DNA of 64,000 nt, taken from an uncultured Enterobacteriaceae bacterium. Its GTDB lineage: Bacteria; Pseudomonadota; Gammaproteobacteria; Burkholderiales; SG8-39. The notes under the pieces were generated by a model. It was not told the origin of the DNA and ran no database searches. It saw only the letters and a program-made list of their open reading frames with translations. Of this stretch, positions 32,545-41,407 are shown piece by piece; the stretch's first letter is position 1, and every line of letters begins with the position of its first letter. The position numbers were made by a program, and so were the translations under genes. Location of the stretch: assembly GCA_964477695.1 (NCBI GenBank), contig CAYZFN010000228.1:10281-74280 (forward strand). The letters run 5' to 3'.

Positions 32545-33645
32545 TCAGGTAGCTTTCGGCTCGGGCTTGGTAAACGCGACGATGAATTTGTCCATCGCGG
32601 CAAAGACCAGCTCGATGCTGTACCCCGCCAGGAACGCCAGCGCGAAGGGCGACAGCGACTTGAAGAAACCCTCCGCAGCAGTCGGCGCGACGAACCAGGC
32701 GACGACCATGCCCCCCAGCGTTCCGAGGCATACGCGAACGCGAAAGCCGATCAGCGACGCCTCGGTGAAGGTCCTGGTGCGGATCTCGCCCGACAGTGTG
32801 CGCAGCACATACACGCAGCTGCCCAGAAGCCCGTAGAGCAGCGGCAGTCCGTAACGCTCGACGACGTCCAACAGGACCGTGACGGACTGCGTCCGGGCGA
32901 CGTCCTCGCATAGCGAGCCGTCTCCATCTCCGCCGTCGCAAATACTTTCGACCACGCTGTTCGTATTCGGCGCCGGGGTCCAGGAAAGCAGGAAATCGAA
33001 CAAGCTCGTCCAGGTGTCGAGCAGGTGGTAGCTGGTCTTTTGCTGCAGCTTGCGGCTGTCGAGCTGGCGCTGGAGGATGCCGAGCTCGGGATCGTCGACG
33101 GCCGACGTACGGATCAGCGGACCCGATACGGTCTTGGTCAGCGGCCGGCTGCTTTTCACCGTCTGTATCTGTGACTCGAGCGCAGTGATTTGCTTCTTGT
33201 TGCTCTGGATATCGGAAATGATCGAGCTGCCGAATACCCAGTAGATCTGCACCGACAGCAGCACGACGAGAATCGCCACGATGAAGATCGTGTAGCGCCG
33301 CACCGCCCAGCGCGCCGTGGAGCTTCTGCCGACATCGATGCCGAAGAACAGGGTGTGCGCCTGCCGATGGGAGTCCATCGTGGCTCGCAAGCTCGATACG
33401 GAAACGGGACTGACCGCCTTGGCTAGCGTCTTGAAGGCCGCCCAGAAGGCGATTTCCTGCTCGTCCTTGAGGGTCACTCCCCTGACCGCGCTCGCGCATT
33501 CGACGACCGTCTTGATGACCTGGTCGTCGACATCGAGGCCTTTTTGCGCCGCGTAACCCAGCAGAATTTGCGCATCGAGGACTGCGGCGGGCAATTTGGA
33601 GCTGGAGCGGAGGTCTCCGTTCTCGCTGGCTGTTCGCTGCGCCAT
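32545..33645 (-). CDS. Four-TM membrane protein (366 aa) in the holin position of the lysis cassette
   Basis: ATG 33645 preceded by GGAAAGGGGAA. Soluble N-terminal ~110 aa, then hydrophobic helices IFIVAILVVLLSVQIYWVF, LPLLYGLLGSCVYVL, VCLGTLGGMVVAWFV, FALAFLAGYSIELVFAAM. GC lower (~55%) than the flanks. Confidence 0.55.
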   Translation of the reverse strand: MAQRTASENGDLRSSSKLPAAVLDAQILLGYAAQKGLDVDDQVIKTVVECASAVRGVTLKDEQEIAFWAAFKTLAKAVSPVSVSSLRATMDSHRQAHTLFFGIDVGRSSTARWAVRRYTIFIVAILVVLLSVQIYWVFGSSIISDIQSNKKQITALESQIQTVKSSRPLTKTVSGPLIRTSAVDDPELGILQRQLDSRKLQQKTSYHLLDTWTSLFDFLLSWTPAPNTNSVVESICDGGDGDGSLCEDVARTQSVTVLLDVVERYGLPLLYGLLGSCVYVLRTLSGEIRTRTFTEASLIGFRVRVCLGTLGGMVVAWFVAPTAAEGFFKSLSPFALAFLAGYSIELVFAAMDKFIVAFTKPEPKAT

Positions 33646-33818
33646 GATGTTCCCCTTTCCGCGATTACTCTAGAACTTTGGCGCTCGCAAACCTTGTGAC
33701 GGCCGGCACAGCCGCGGCCCGTTTTAATGCCGAGGTCGGAACGAAGAAAATTCGCGAAGAGGCTCGCGTTTAGGGGTGTGCAACGACTGCGCCGAGTCCT
33801 GCCTTATCCCGGCGTCCG

Positions 33819-35003
33819 CTAGGGCTTCGCGCCTTCCTTCAGCGAGTCGAGGACGCCGAAGAACAGCCGGAACTGCTCGCCGCGCGACGGATCGCGCGAT
33901 CCGGCGTGCACGGCGGTGTGGACGACGACGACGCGGCTCGCCGGGTCGACGAAAACCGCCTGGCCGCGCACGCCGAGCAGCGCGAAGCGGCCTTCCTCGT
34001 CGACCAGCCAGGTCTGGTAGCCGTAGCCGTTGAGGCGCGTAGCCTGGCCGACGCGCAGGTGCGGCGCATCGGGCCGCGTGGCGTCCTTCACCCATTCGGC
34101 CGGGATGATCTGCTTTCCATCCATCGCGCCGCCGTTCGCGAGCAGGAGCCCCAGCCGCCCCCAGTCGCGCAGCGTGACGTTGAGCCCCATGTAGCCGAGC
34201 TCGTACCCGCCGCCGTCGATCAGCCAGGTCGCATCCGCCTCGGCGCCCATCGGCTGCCAGATCTTCTCCGACAGGTACTCGGCGAGCGGCTTGCCGACCG
34301 CGGCGCGCACGACGAGGGAGATCACCTCGGTCTCCGCCGAGGCATAGTAGAACTTCTCGCCGGCCGGCCTTACGCGAACGTTGAAAGGCAGGACGGCCTG
34401 CACGCCGCCCGCGCCCTGCTGGAACAGCGTGCGCCGCGCGAGCTCGGTGATGTCGTCCCGGCCGTTGTACTCCTCGATGAACTTGACGCCGGAGGACATG
34501 GTGAGGAGGTGGCGCAGCCGGGTCTCGCCGTAGGGATGGCCCTTCAGCTCGGGCACGTACTGCTCTGCGCGGTCGTCGATCGAGGCGATCTTCCCCTCGC
34601 CGAGCGCGACGCCGAACAGCATCGCGACCACCGTCTTCGCCATGGAGTAGGACTGGAAGCGGTTCTCGGGCTTGCGCTCGTACTGGTAGCGCTCGACGAG
34701 GATCGTGTCGCCCTTGAGGACGAGGAGCCCGGTGTTACGGTTGTTGGCGAGGAAGCTGTCGATCGTGCCGGGCTGCCCGTTGCTCATGTAGCGCAGCGCG
34801 GGCTCGCTGCCGGCTCGCGCCAGCGCATGGGTAGCCGAGCCCTTCGCCACCCTGCGCGCCGGCGAGATCTCGTCGAAGTGGCTGAGGTTGCCGACGAGGC
34901 AGCGCGACTCGAACGGCGCGTACGCGAGCTTGCAGACCGGGTAGTGCTCGGCGCTTCCGAGCACGGCTTCGTCCGGGGCGGCGAAAGCCGTGCCCCAGAG
35001 CAA
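33819..35003 (-). CDS. Beta-lactamase-family serine hydrolase (class C/esterase-like)
   Basis: SxxK motif SMAKTVVAML, plus downstream YASAETEV and GYGYQTW blocks typical of the family. The track start is TTG 35003. An upstream in-frame CTG (35027) with AAGAAGGA would give a fuller signal peptide (RSFFLWALLWGTAFA|APDE). Confidence 0.8.
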   Translation of the reverse strand: MLWGTAFAAPDEAVLGSAEHYPVCKLAYAPFESRCLVGNLSHFDEISPARRVAKGSATHALARAGSEPALRYMSNGQPGTIDSFLANNRNTGLLVLKGDTILVERYQYERKPENRFQSYSMAKTVVAMLFGVALGEGKIASIDDRAEQYVPELKGHPYGETRLRHLLTMSSGVKFIEEYNGRDDITELARRTLFQQGAGGVQAVLPFNVRVRPAGEKFYYASAETEVISLVVRAAVGKPLAEYLSEKIWQPMGAEADATWLIDGGGYELGYMGLNVTLRDWGRLGLLLANGGAMDGKQIIPAEWVKDATRPDAPHLRVGQATRLNGYGYQTWLVDEEGRFALLGVRGQAVFVDPASRVVVVHTAVHAGSRDPSRGEQFRLFFGVLDSLKEGAKP

Positions 35004-35019
35004 AGCCCACAGGAAAAAG

Positions 35020-36870
35020 CTACGCAGCCTTGTCCTTCTTGATCGGGATCGGCCGCACGTTGAGCGCCGAGACGATCTCCGCGATTTCCTTCTGGATGAA
35101 GCGCGCGGTGATCGGCGTGCCGTCGTAGTGCAGCACCGAGATGAGGCTCGAGGGGCTGATGCCCGCGTCGTTCACGAGCAGCGTCTTCAGCTGCGCGTCC
35201 CGGTTCTGCTCGACCACGAATACCTTCGAGTGCGAGGCGACGAAGTCGAAGATCTCCTCGGGGAACGGGAAGCCGCGCACGCGCAGGGCGTTCACGAAGA
35301 TGCCGCCCTCGGCGAGCGATTCCAGCGCCTCGTGCATCGCCGGCGTGGTCGAGCCGTAATAGATGCAGCCGAAGCGCGCCGGATGCTTGGCGGGCGTGAG
35401 CATGGGGTGCGGCACCAGCTTCTTGGCGGTCTCGAACTTCTTCTGCAGCCGCTGCATGTTGTACACGTAGTCGGAGCCGGCTTCCGAGTACCCCGCGTAC
35501 GGGTTCTTGCTCGTGCCGCGCGTGAAGTAGGCGCCTTTGCTCGGGTGCGTGCCGGGCAGCGTGCGGAAGGGCACGCCGTCGCCGTCGACGTCCTTGTAGC
35601 GGCCGAAGTCCGCGCCGCCCTCGAGCATCTCCTCGGTCATCAGCTTGCCGCGGTCGTACTCGCGGCTGTCGTCCCACTTGAACGGCTCGGTCAGCCGCTG
35701 GTTCATGCCGATGTCGAGGTCGGTCATGACGAACACCGGCGTCTGCAGCCGCTCGGCGAGGTCGAACGAGAGCGCCGAGAACTCGAAGCACTCGTTCGGA
35801 TCCATGGGGAAGAGCAGCACGTGCTTCGTATCGCCGTGCGAGAGGTACGCGGCCTTCACCACGTCGGACTGCTGCGTGCGCGTCGGCATGCCGGTCGAGG
35901 GCCCGCCGCGCTGGACGTCGATGATGACCGCGGGGATCTCGGCAAAATAGGCGAGGCCGACGAACTCCGACATGAGCGAGATGCCGGGGCCGGAGGTGCT
36001 GGTGAAGGCCCGGGCGCCGTTCCAGCCCGCCCCGACCACGATGCCGATCGAGGCGAGCTCGTCCTCGGCCTGGATGATCGCGTACTTGTTCTTGCCGGTC
36101 GCCTTGTCGACGCGCAGGCGCGAGCAGTAGAACTGGAACGCCTCCGCCAGCGACGAGGACGGCGTGATCGGATACCAGGCGCATACCGTCGCGCCGCCGT
36201 ACACGGCGCCGAGCGCCGCGGCCGAGTTGCCGTCGATGAAGACCTTGTCGCCCACGTTGTAAGCGCGCTTCACCTGCAGGCCGAGCTTGTCCTTCAGGTG
36301 CTCCCGCGCGTAGTTGAGGCCGAGCTGCATCGCGTTCAGGTTCGGCTTGAGCAGCTTCTCCTTGCCCTTGTACTGCTCGCCGATCAGCTCGGCGATAACT
36401 TCGGGCTCGATGCCCATCATCCCGGCGAGCGCGCCGACATAGATTATGTTCTTGAACAGCTGCCGCTCGCGCGCGTCGGTGTAGGTCGCGTTGCAGATGT
36501 CGGTGAGCGGCATGCCCACGACGTTGATGTCGTCGCGGAACTTGGACTTCGGCAGCGGCTTGGTCGAGTCGTAGAAGAGGTAGCCGCCCGGGTCGATCTC
36601 CTTCACGTCCTGGCTCCACGTCTGCGGGTTCATCGCCACCATCAGGTCGACGCCGCCGCGCCGGCCGAGGTGGCCCTTCTCGGTCACGCGCACCTCGTAC
36701 CAGGTCGGCAGGCCCTGGATGTTCGAGGGAAAGATGTTGCGCGGCGAGACCGGGATCCCCATGCGCAGGAAGCTCTTCGCGAACAGCTCGTTCGCCGACG
36801 CCGAGCCCGAGCCGTTGACGTTGGCGAACTTGATGACGAAATCGTTGAGGGCTTCGATTCTCTGGGTCAT
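35020..36870 (-). CDS. korA: 2-oxoacid:acceptor (ferredoxin) oxidoreductase, alpha subunit (gamma domain fused)
   Basis: 616 aa. NVNGSGSASAN, GNSAAALGAVYGGATVCAWYPITPSS, FTSTSGPGISLMSEFVGLAYFAEIPAVIIDVQRGGPSTGMPTRTQQSD are KorA/OorA-type signatures. Confidence 0.9.
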   Translation of the reverse strand: MTQRIEALNDFVIKFANVNGSGSASANELFAKSFLRMGIPVSPRNIFPSNIQGLPTWYEVRVTEKGHLGRRGGVDLMVAMNPQTWSQDVKEIDPGGYLFYDSTKPLPKSKFRDDINVVGMPLTDICNATYTDARERQLFKNIIYVGALAGMMGIEPEVIAELIGEQYKGKEKLLKPNLNAMQLGLNYAREHLKDKLGLQVKRAYNVGDKVFIDGNSAAALGAVYGGATVCAWYPITPSSSLAEAFQFYCSRLRVDKATGKNKYAIIQAEDELASIGIVVGAGWNGARAFTSTSGPGISLMSEFVGLAYFAEIPAVIIDVQRGGPSTGMPTRTQQSDVVKAAYLSHGDTKHVLLFPMDPNECFEFSALSFDLAERLQTPVFVMTDLDIGMNQRLTEPFKWDDSREYDRGKLMTEEMLEGGADFGRYKDVDGDGVPFRTLPGTHPSKGAYFTRGTSKNPYAGYSEAGSDYVYNMQRLQKKFETAKKLVPHPMLTPAKHPARFGCIYYGSTTPAMHEALESLAEGGIFVNALRVRGFPFPEEIFDFVASHSKVFVVEQNRDAQLKTLLVNDAGISPSSLISVLHYDGTPITARFIQKEIAEIVSALNVRPIPIKKDKAA

Positions 36871-36874
36871 GGCG

Positions 36875-37660
36875 TTAGTTCTTGTAGGAGGCGTCGCGCG
36901 CTTCGATCTTCCTTACGAGGGCGGCGAACTCGAGCTCGCCGATGTCCGCCTGGTCGGCGAGGAACTCCTCGCCCATCTGGAATGACTGCTCGCACACGGC
37001 AGGCGAGGGAATGCGCAGCCTGGCAGCCTGCGCGGCAAGCTGGATCTCGCACGCCCGGTTCAGGCGCCAGAAGCGGATGAACGCCTCGGGGATGGTCCTG
37101 CCGATCGCGAGCAAGCCGTGGTTGCGCAGGATCAGCGCATCGTTGTTGCCTAGGCTGCGCACCAGGCGCTGGCGCTCGTCGAGCCGCATGCTCGGGCCTT
37201 CGAAGTCGTGGTACGAGAGCCGGTTCCAGAAGTTGTGCGAGTACATGTGCACCGGCAGGAGGCCTTCCTCCTGCGCCGAGACCGCCATGCCGGCGAGCGT
37301 GTGCATGTGCCAGACGCACGCCACGTCGGGCCGCGCCATGTGGATCGCCGAGTGGATGATGAAGCCGGCCTTGTTCGCGGCGTGCTCGTTCTTGCCCACC
37401 GGGTTGCCCTCGACATCGATCTTCACGAGGTTGGACGCCGTCACCTCGTCGAACGCGAGCCCGTAGGGATTGATGAGGAAATGATGCTGCGGTCCCGGCA
37501 CGCGCGCGCTGATGTGCGTGTAGATGAGCTCGTTCCAGCCCATGCGATCGGCGACGCGGTAGGCGGCGGCGAGCTGGACGCGGAGCTTCCACTCCGCCGG
37601 GTCGCGAACCAGGGACAGACCACGTTTCTCCTGCGATCGCACCGGCTTGAGGCGACTCAT
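36875..37660 (-). CDS. Class II aldolase/adducin-family protein
   Basis: ATG 37660 (MSRLKPVRSQEKRGLSLVRDPAEWKLRVQLAAAYR), overlapping the upstream stop (ATGA). THISARVPG..HFLINPYGL.F.EVTASNLVKID..G and IHSAIH..RPDV.CV.H.H are the family motifs. Confidence 0.85.
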   Translation of the reverse strand: MSRLKPVRSQEKRGLSLVRDPAEWKLRVQLAAAYRVADRMGWNELIYTHISARVPGPQHHFLINPYGLAFDEVTASNLVKIDVEGNPVGKNEHAANKAGFIIHSAIHMARPDVACVWHMHTLAGMAVSAQEEGLLPVHMYSHNFWNRLSYHDFEGPSMRLDERQRLVRSLGNNDALILRNHGLLAIGRTIPEAFIRFWRLNRACEIQLAAQAARLRIPSPAVCEQSFQMGEEFLADQADIGELEFAALVRKIEARDASYKN

Positions 37661-39480
37661 GCCGCTTTCTTGTGGTACGGCGCGGCGCGGGTGCCCGCCG
37701 GCGTCATCTCGATCAGGTACTTCTGCATGTCCCACGCGCCGGTCGGGCAGCGCTCGGCGCAAAGGCCGCAGTGCAGGCAGACGTCCTCGTCCTTGACCAT
37801 CACGCGCTTGGTCTTCAGCTCGCCCGAAACGTAGAGGTCCTGCTCCTTGTTGGGCGCCGGCGCGTTCAGGCGCTGGCGCAGGTCGGCCTCCTCGCCGTTG
37901 CCGGTGAAGGTGATGCAGTCCATCGGGCAGATGTCGACGCACGCGTCGCACTCGATGCACAGGCGATCGCTGAACACCGTCTGCACGTCGCAGTTCAGGC
38001 AGCGCTGCGCTTCTTTCCACGCAGTCGCCACGTCGAAGCCGAGCTCGACTTCCGCCTTGACGTTCTTCAGCGTCTCCTTGATGTCGCGCCAGGGCACCTT
38101 GTAGCGCGTGTCCGGGTGGATCTCGTTGTCGTAGCTCCACTCGTGGATGCCCATCTTCTGCGACATCACCGTGACGCCGGGAGCGGGACGCTCCTCGGGG
38201 TCTTCCTGGTTCAGCAGCTTGTCGATCGAGATCGCGGCGTCGTGCCCATGCGCGACGGCCCAGATGATGTTCTTCGGCCCGTAAGCCGAGTCGCCGCCGA
38301 AGAAGACGTTCGGCACGCTCGACTGGAACGTGGCCTTGTTGAGGACCGGCAGGCCCCACTTGTCGAACTGCACGCCCGAATCGCGCTCGATCCACGGGAA
38401 GGCATTCTCCTGGCCGACCGCGACCAGCACGTCGTCGCATTCGAAGAACTGGTCGGGTTCTCCCGTCTTCACCAGATCCCGTTTTCCCTTGGCGTCGTAG
38501 ACGGCTTTGACCTTCTCGAAGATCATGCCGCCGAGCCTGCCCTTCTTGATCACGAACTCCTTCGGCACGAGGAAGTTCAGGATCGGGATGCCCTCGTGCA
38601 TCGCGTCCTCTTTCTCCCACGGGCTCGCCTTCATCTCGTCGAAGCCCGAGCGCACGATAACCTTCACGTCGTCGCCGCCGAGGCGGCGCGAGGTGCGGCA
38701 GCAGTCCATGGCGGTGTTGCCGCCGCCCAGGACGATGACTCTCCTGCCGATCTTCGACGTGTGGCCGAACGACACGCTGGAGAGCCAGTCGATGCCGATG
38801 TGGATGTTGGCCGCACCCTCTTTCCTTCCCGGAATGTCGAGGTCGCGGCCGCGCGGCGCGCCCGAGCCGACGAACAGGGCGTCGAAGTCCTCCGCCATCA
38901 GCGCCTTGAGGGAGTCTATTTTCCTGTGCACAAACCGGACACCGAGGTCGAGGATGTAGCCGACCTCCTCGTCGATCACCTCCAGCGGCAGGCGGAAGCG
39001 CGGGATCTGCGACCAGATCATGCCGCCGGCGCGCGGGTCCTGGTCGAACACGGTGATGTCGTAGCCGAGCGGCGCAAGATCGCGCGCGACGGTGAGCGAG
39101 GCGGGACCCGCGCCGACGCAGGCGACCTTCTTGCCGTTCGGCCGCGCTTTCGGCAGCGCGACGCGCTGCTTGATCTCGCTCGGATCCTTGTAATCCGCGG
39201 TGACGCGCTTCAGCCGGCAGATCGCCACCGGCTCGGGCTTGGGCTGGTTCGCTTCCTCGACTCGGCCGCGGCGGCACGCGGGCTCGCAAGGACGGTCGCA
39301 AGTGCGGCCGAGAATTCCGGGAAAGACGTTCGACTGCCAGTTGACCATGTAGGCATCGGAGTAGCGTCCTGCGGCGATCAACCGGATGTATTCGGGAACG
39401 GGAGTGTGGGCGGGGCACGCCCACTGACAATCGACGACCTTGTGGAAATAATCGGGGTGCTTGATGTCGGTGGGCTGCAC
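37657..39480 (-). CDS. Glutamate synthase small-subunit-like NAD(P)H oxidoreductase with C-terminal 2x[4Fe-4S] ferredoxin domain
   Basis: GRTCDRPCEPAC, VACVGAGPASLTVARDL, VIVLGGGNTAMDC, plus CLNCDVQ...CIECDACVDICP and CLHCGLCAERCP. I prefer GTG 39480 (GAAGGAG 4 nt upstream) over the track's TTG 39510. Confidence 0.85.
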   Translation of the reverse strand: MQPTDIKHPDYFHKVVDCQWACPAHTPVPEYIRLIAAGRYSDAYMVNWQSNVFPGILGRTCDRPCEPACRRGRVEEANQPKPEPVAICRLKRVTADYKDPSEIKQRVALPKARPNGKKVACVGAGPASLTVARDLAPLGYDITVFDQDPRAGGMIWSQIPRFRLPLEVIDEEVGYILDLGVRFVHRKIDSLKALMAEDFDALFVGSGAPRGRDLDIPGRKEGAANIHIGIDWLSSVSFGHTSKIGRRVIVLGGGNTAMDCCRTSRRLGGDDVKVIVRSGFDEMKASPWEKEDAMHEGIPILNFLVPKEFVIKKGRLGGMIFEKVKAVYDAKGKRDLVKTGEPDQFFECDDVLVAVGQENAFPWIERDSGVQFDKWGLPVLNKATFQSSVPNVFFGGDSAYGPKNIIWAVAHGHDAAISIDKLLNQEDPEERPAPGVTVMSQKMGIHEWSYDNEIHPDTRYKVPWRDIKETLKNVKAEVELGFDVATAWKEAQRCLNCDVQTVFSDRLCIECDACVDICPMDCITFTGNGEEADLRQRLNAPAPNKEQDLYVSGELKTKRVMVKDEDVCLHCGLCAERCPTGAWDMQKYLIEMTPAGTRAAPYHKKAA

Positions 39481-39557
39481 GCGGCTCCTTCGGGTCTCCC
39501 TGCGGACCAACTGGTTTTTGTTGTAGTTTCAATAGTCTACTCCGGTTTGGGTACACT

Positions 39558-40661
39558 TTGCGCGTGCAAGCGAAGCTCGTTGCGGCCGCGCTCGCCGTTG
39601 CTCTCGCCGCGCCGGCGGCGCTGGCGCAGATGAAGCCGGTCGCGGGGTTCGAATGGAACGTCTATGGCCGCGTCTACCTCACCGCCGAGGCGGTCGAGTC
39701 GACGGGCGGCACGACGCCGCTTTCTTCACGCACGCGCCTCTCGGACAACTCCTCGCTCATCGGCGTGAAAGCCGAGAAGGACCTCGGCGACGGCCTTAAG
39801 GCCTGGGGTCAGCTCGAGACCGCGTTCAAGGCCGACGACACGAGCGGCGGCACGAACAGCTTCGCAAACCGCAATAGCGGCGTCGGCCTCATCGGCAAAT
39901 TCGGCAACGTGTTCCTCGGCCGCTGGGACATGCCGTTCAAGGCCACGCAGGTGCTCGCCGTCGATCCTTTCGGCGACCTGACGATCGCCGCCATGGCCGG
40001 CGTCGTGGCGCGCCAGACCGGCTTCGACAACCGGGCGAACAACGTGCTCCAGTACTGGACGCCTTCCTTGAGAGGATTCGCGGTGCGCCTGGCGATCACC
40101 AGCAACGAGGCGAAGAGCGATGCGCCGCCGGTGCCCGGGACCGCGGCCGGCGCCAATCCGAGGTTGTACGGCGGCTCGCTCGAGTGGACGAGCGGCCCGT
40201 TCTACGTCGGCTACGGGTACGAGAAGCACCGCGACTCGATCGGCAACGCGATCGCCACGCAGGGCAGCGACGAATCCGGCCACGGCGTCAGCGGCCGGTA
40301 CACGATCGGGCCGACGGAGCTTTCGGCGCAGATCGGTCGCTACCAGCGCACAGGCACGGACGCGCAGAAGTCGGGCGTGATCAACCTGCGCCGCAATTTC
40401 GACAAGCATCAGGTAATCGGCTCGTACCGCAAATCGGTGGCCGGCGGCCCCTCCGGAAGCGAGCAGCCGAAGTGCGACGGCTGGGCGCTCGCCTACCGCT
40501 ATCTCTGGGACCGCAGCCTCGACTTCATCGCCGAGCTCACCGAGGTGAGGAACAGGAGCGGCGGGCTGTGCGACTTCGGCCAGAACGGCGTGGGCGCAGC
40601 CGCCACCGCGGGCGGCGGCGACCCGAAGGGCGTGGCCGCCGGGCTTCGCTACTCGTTCTGA
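39558..40661 (+). CDS. Gram-negative general porin (trimeric beta-barrel family)
   Basis: Signal peptide KLVAAALAVALAAPAALAQ, alternating beta-strand pattern, NRNSGVGLIGKFGNVFLGRWD, C-terminal GLRYSF. Start is TTG 39558 or GTG 39564. Confidence 0.85.
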   Translation: MRVQAKLVAAALAVALAAPAALAQMKPVAGFEWNVYGRVYLTAEAVESTGGTTPLSSRTRLSDNSSLIGVKAEKDLGDGLKAWGQLETAFKADDTSGGTNSFANRNSGVGLIGKFGNVFLGRWDMPFKATQVLAVDPFGDLTIAAMAGVVARQTGFDNRANNVLQYWTPSLRGFAVRLAITSNEAKSDAPPVPGTAAGANPRLYGGSLEWTSGPFYVGYGYEKHRDSIGNAIATQGSDESGHGVSGRYTIGPTELSAQIGRYQRTGTDAQKSGVINLRRNFDKHQVIGSYRKSVAGGPSGSEQPKCDGWALAYRYLWDRSLDFIAELTEVRNRSGGLCDFGQNGVGAAATAGGGDPKGVAAGLRYSF

Positions 40662-41406
40662 GCACCGAGCGCAGGAAACGGTCGACGACCCCGATCAGCT
40701 CGTCTTCCTCGCCCTCGAAGAAGTGCTTGGCCTTCGGCACCACGACCTGGGCCGAGCCGGGCACCTTGGCGATCTCCGCCTTGCGCTCGTCCGCGCCCCA
40801 CCGCGTCACGTCCCAGTCGTGCTCGCCGAACACATCCAGCACCGGGATGTGGATGCGGTACATCTCCTCCAGGCCCTGCAGGATGCTGATGAACACCCAT
40901 GCCTTCACCGCCGGCTCCTCGCTGCGGATGAGATATTGGTTCGCCATCGTCGAGCCGAGGCTGTGCGAGACGATCGCGATGTCGCGGTAACCCTTGCGCT
41001 TCAGGAAGTCGACCGCGAGCTGGAAGCGCTCGCGCGCATCCGGATAGAGCGGGATGTAGAGCCCGAGGATCGCGGTGCTCGGCAGCACCGGCAGCTGGAT
41101 CGAGAGCGTCGCGTAGCCGAGGTCGGCGAGCCGCGTGCGCAGCGTGCCGTACAGCTCGTAGTCGGGACTCCAGCCGCGGCCGTGGGCGATGATCAGCGCG
41201 GGACGCGAGCGCTCCTTCTCGATGTAGAGGGAGAGGAAGCGGTGGCCGTTCTTCTGCTGCAGCCACACCGCCTCGCCCAGCATCAGCGTCGACTGGATGT
41301 CGTCGGCCCAGCGCTTCTCGCGCTCGTAGTCCTGCGCCGCCGCGGCGAAGCTCAGCAACAAAAGAAAAAGCCCGCCGAAGCGGGCTTTTCGTCCTGCCAA
41401 GAACAC
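40537..41406 (-). CDS. Secreted alpha/beta hydrolase-fold protein (DUF3530-like)
   Basis: Signal peptide FGGLFLLLLSFAAAAQ. ALIIAHG and nucleophile-elbow-like IVSHSLGS. The last ~40 aa (Arg-rich) are encoded antisense to the porin 3' end, so the true C-terminus is uncertain. Confidence 0.65.
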   Translation of the reverse strand: MFLAGRKARFGGLFLLLLSFAAAAQDYEREKRWADDIQSTLMLGEAVWLQQKNGHRFLSLYIEKERSRPALIIAHGRGWSPDYELYGTLRTRLADLGYATLSIQLPVLPSTAILGLYIPLYPDARERFQLAVDFLKRKGYRDIAIVSHSLGSTMANQYLIRSEEPAVKAWVFISILQGLEEMYRIHIPVLDVFGEHDWDVTRWGADERKAEIAKVPGSAQVVVPKAKHFFEGEEDELIGVVDRFLRSVLRTSSEARRPRPSGRRRPRWRLRPRRSGRSRTARRSCSSPR

Positions 41407-41407
41407 G

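Noticed and set aside
1-33700. Alternative readings of the island as a prophage, an R-type tailocin or a T6SS.
   Set aside because: No head, packaging or integrase genes and no TssJLM/ClpV are in the window. The Afp15-like AAA+ ATPase and DUF4157-type cargo genes favour an eCIS. Sequence upstream of nt 1 is unseen, so a prophage cannot be formally excluded.
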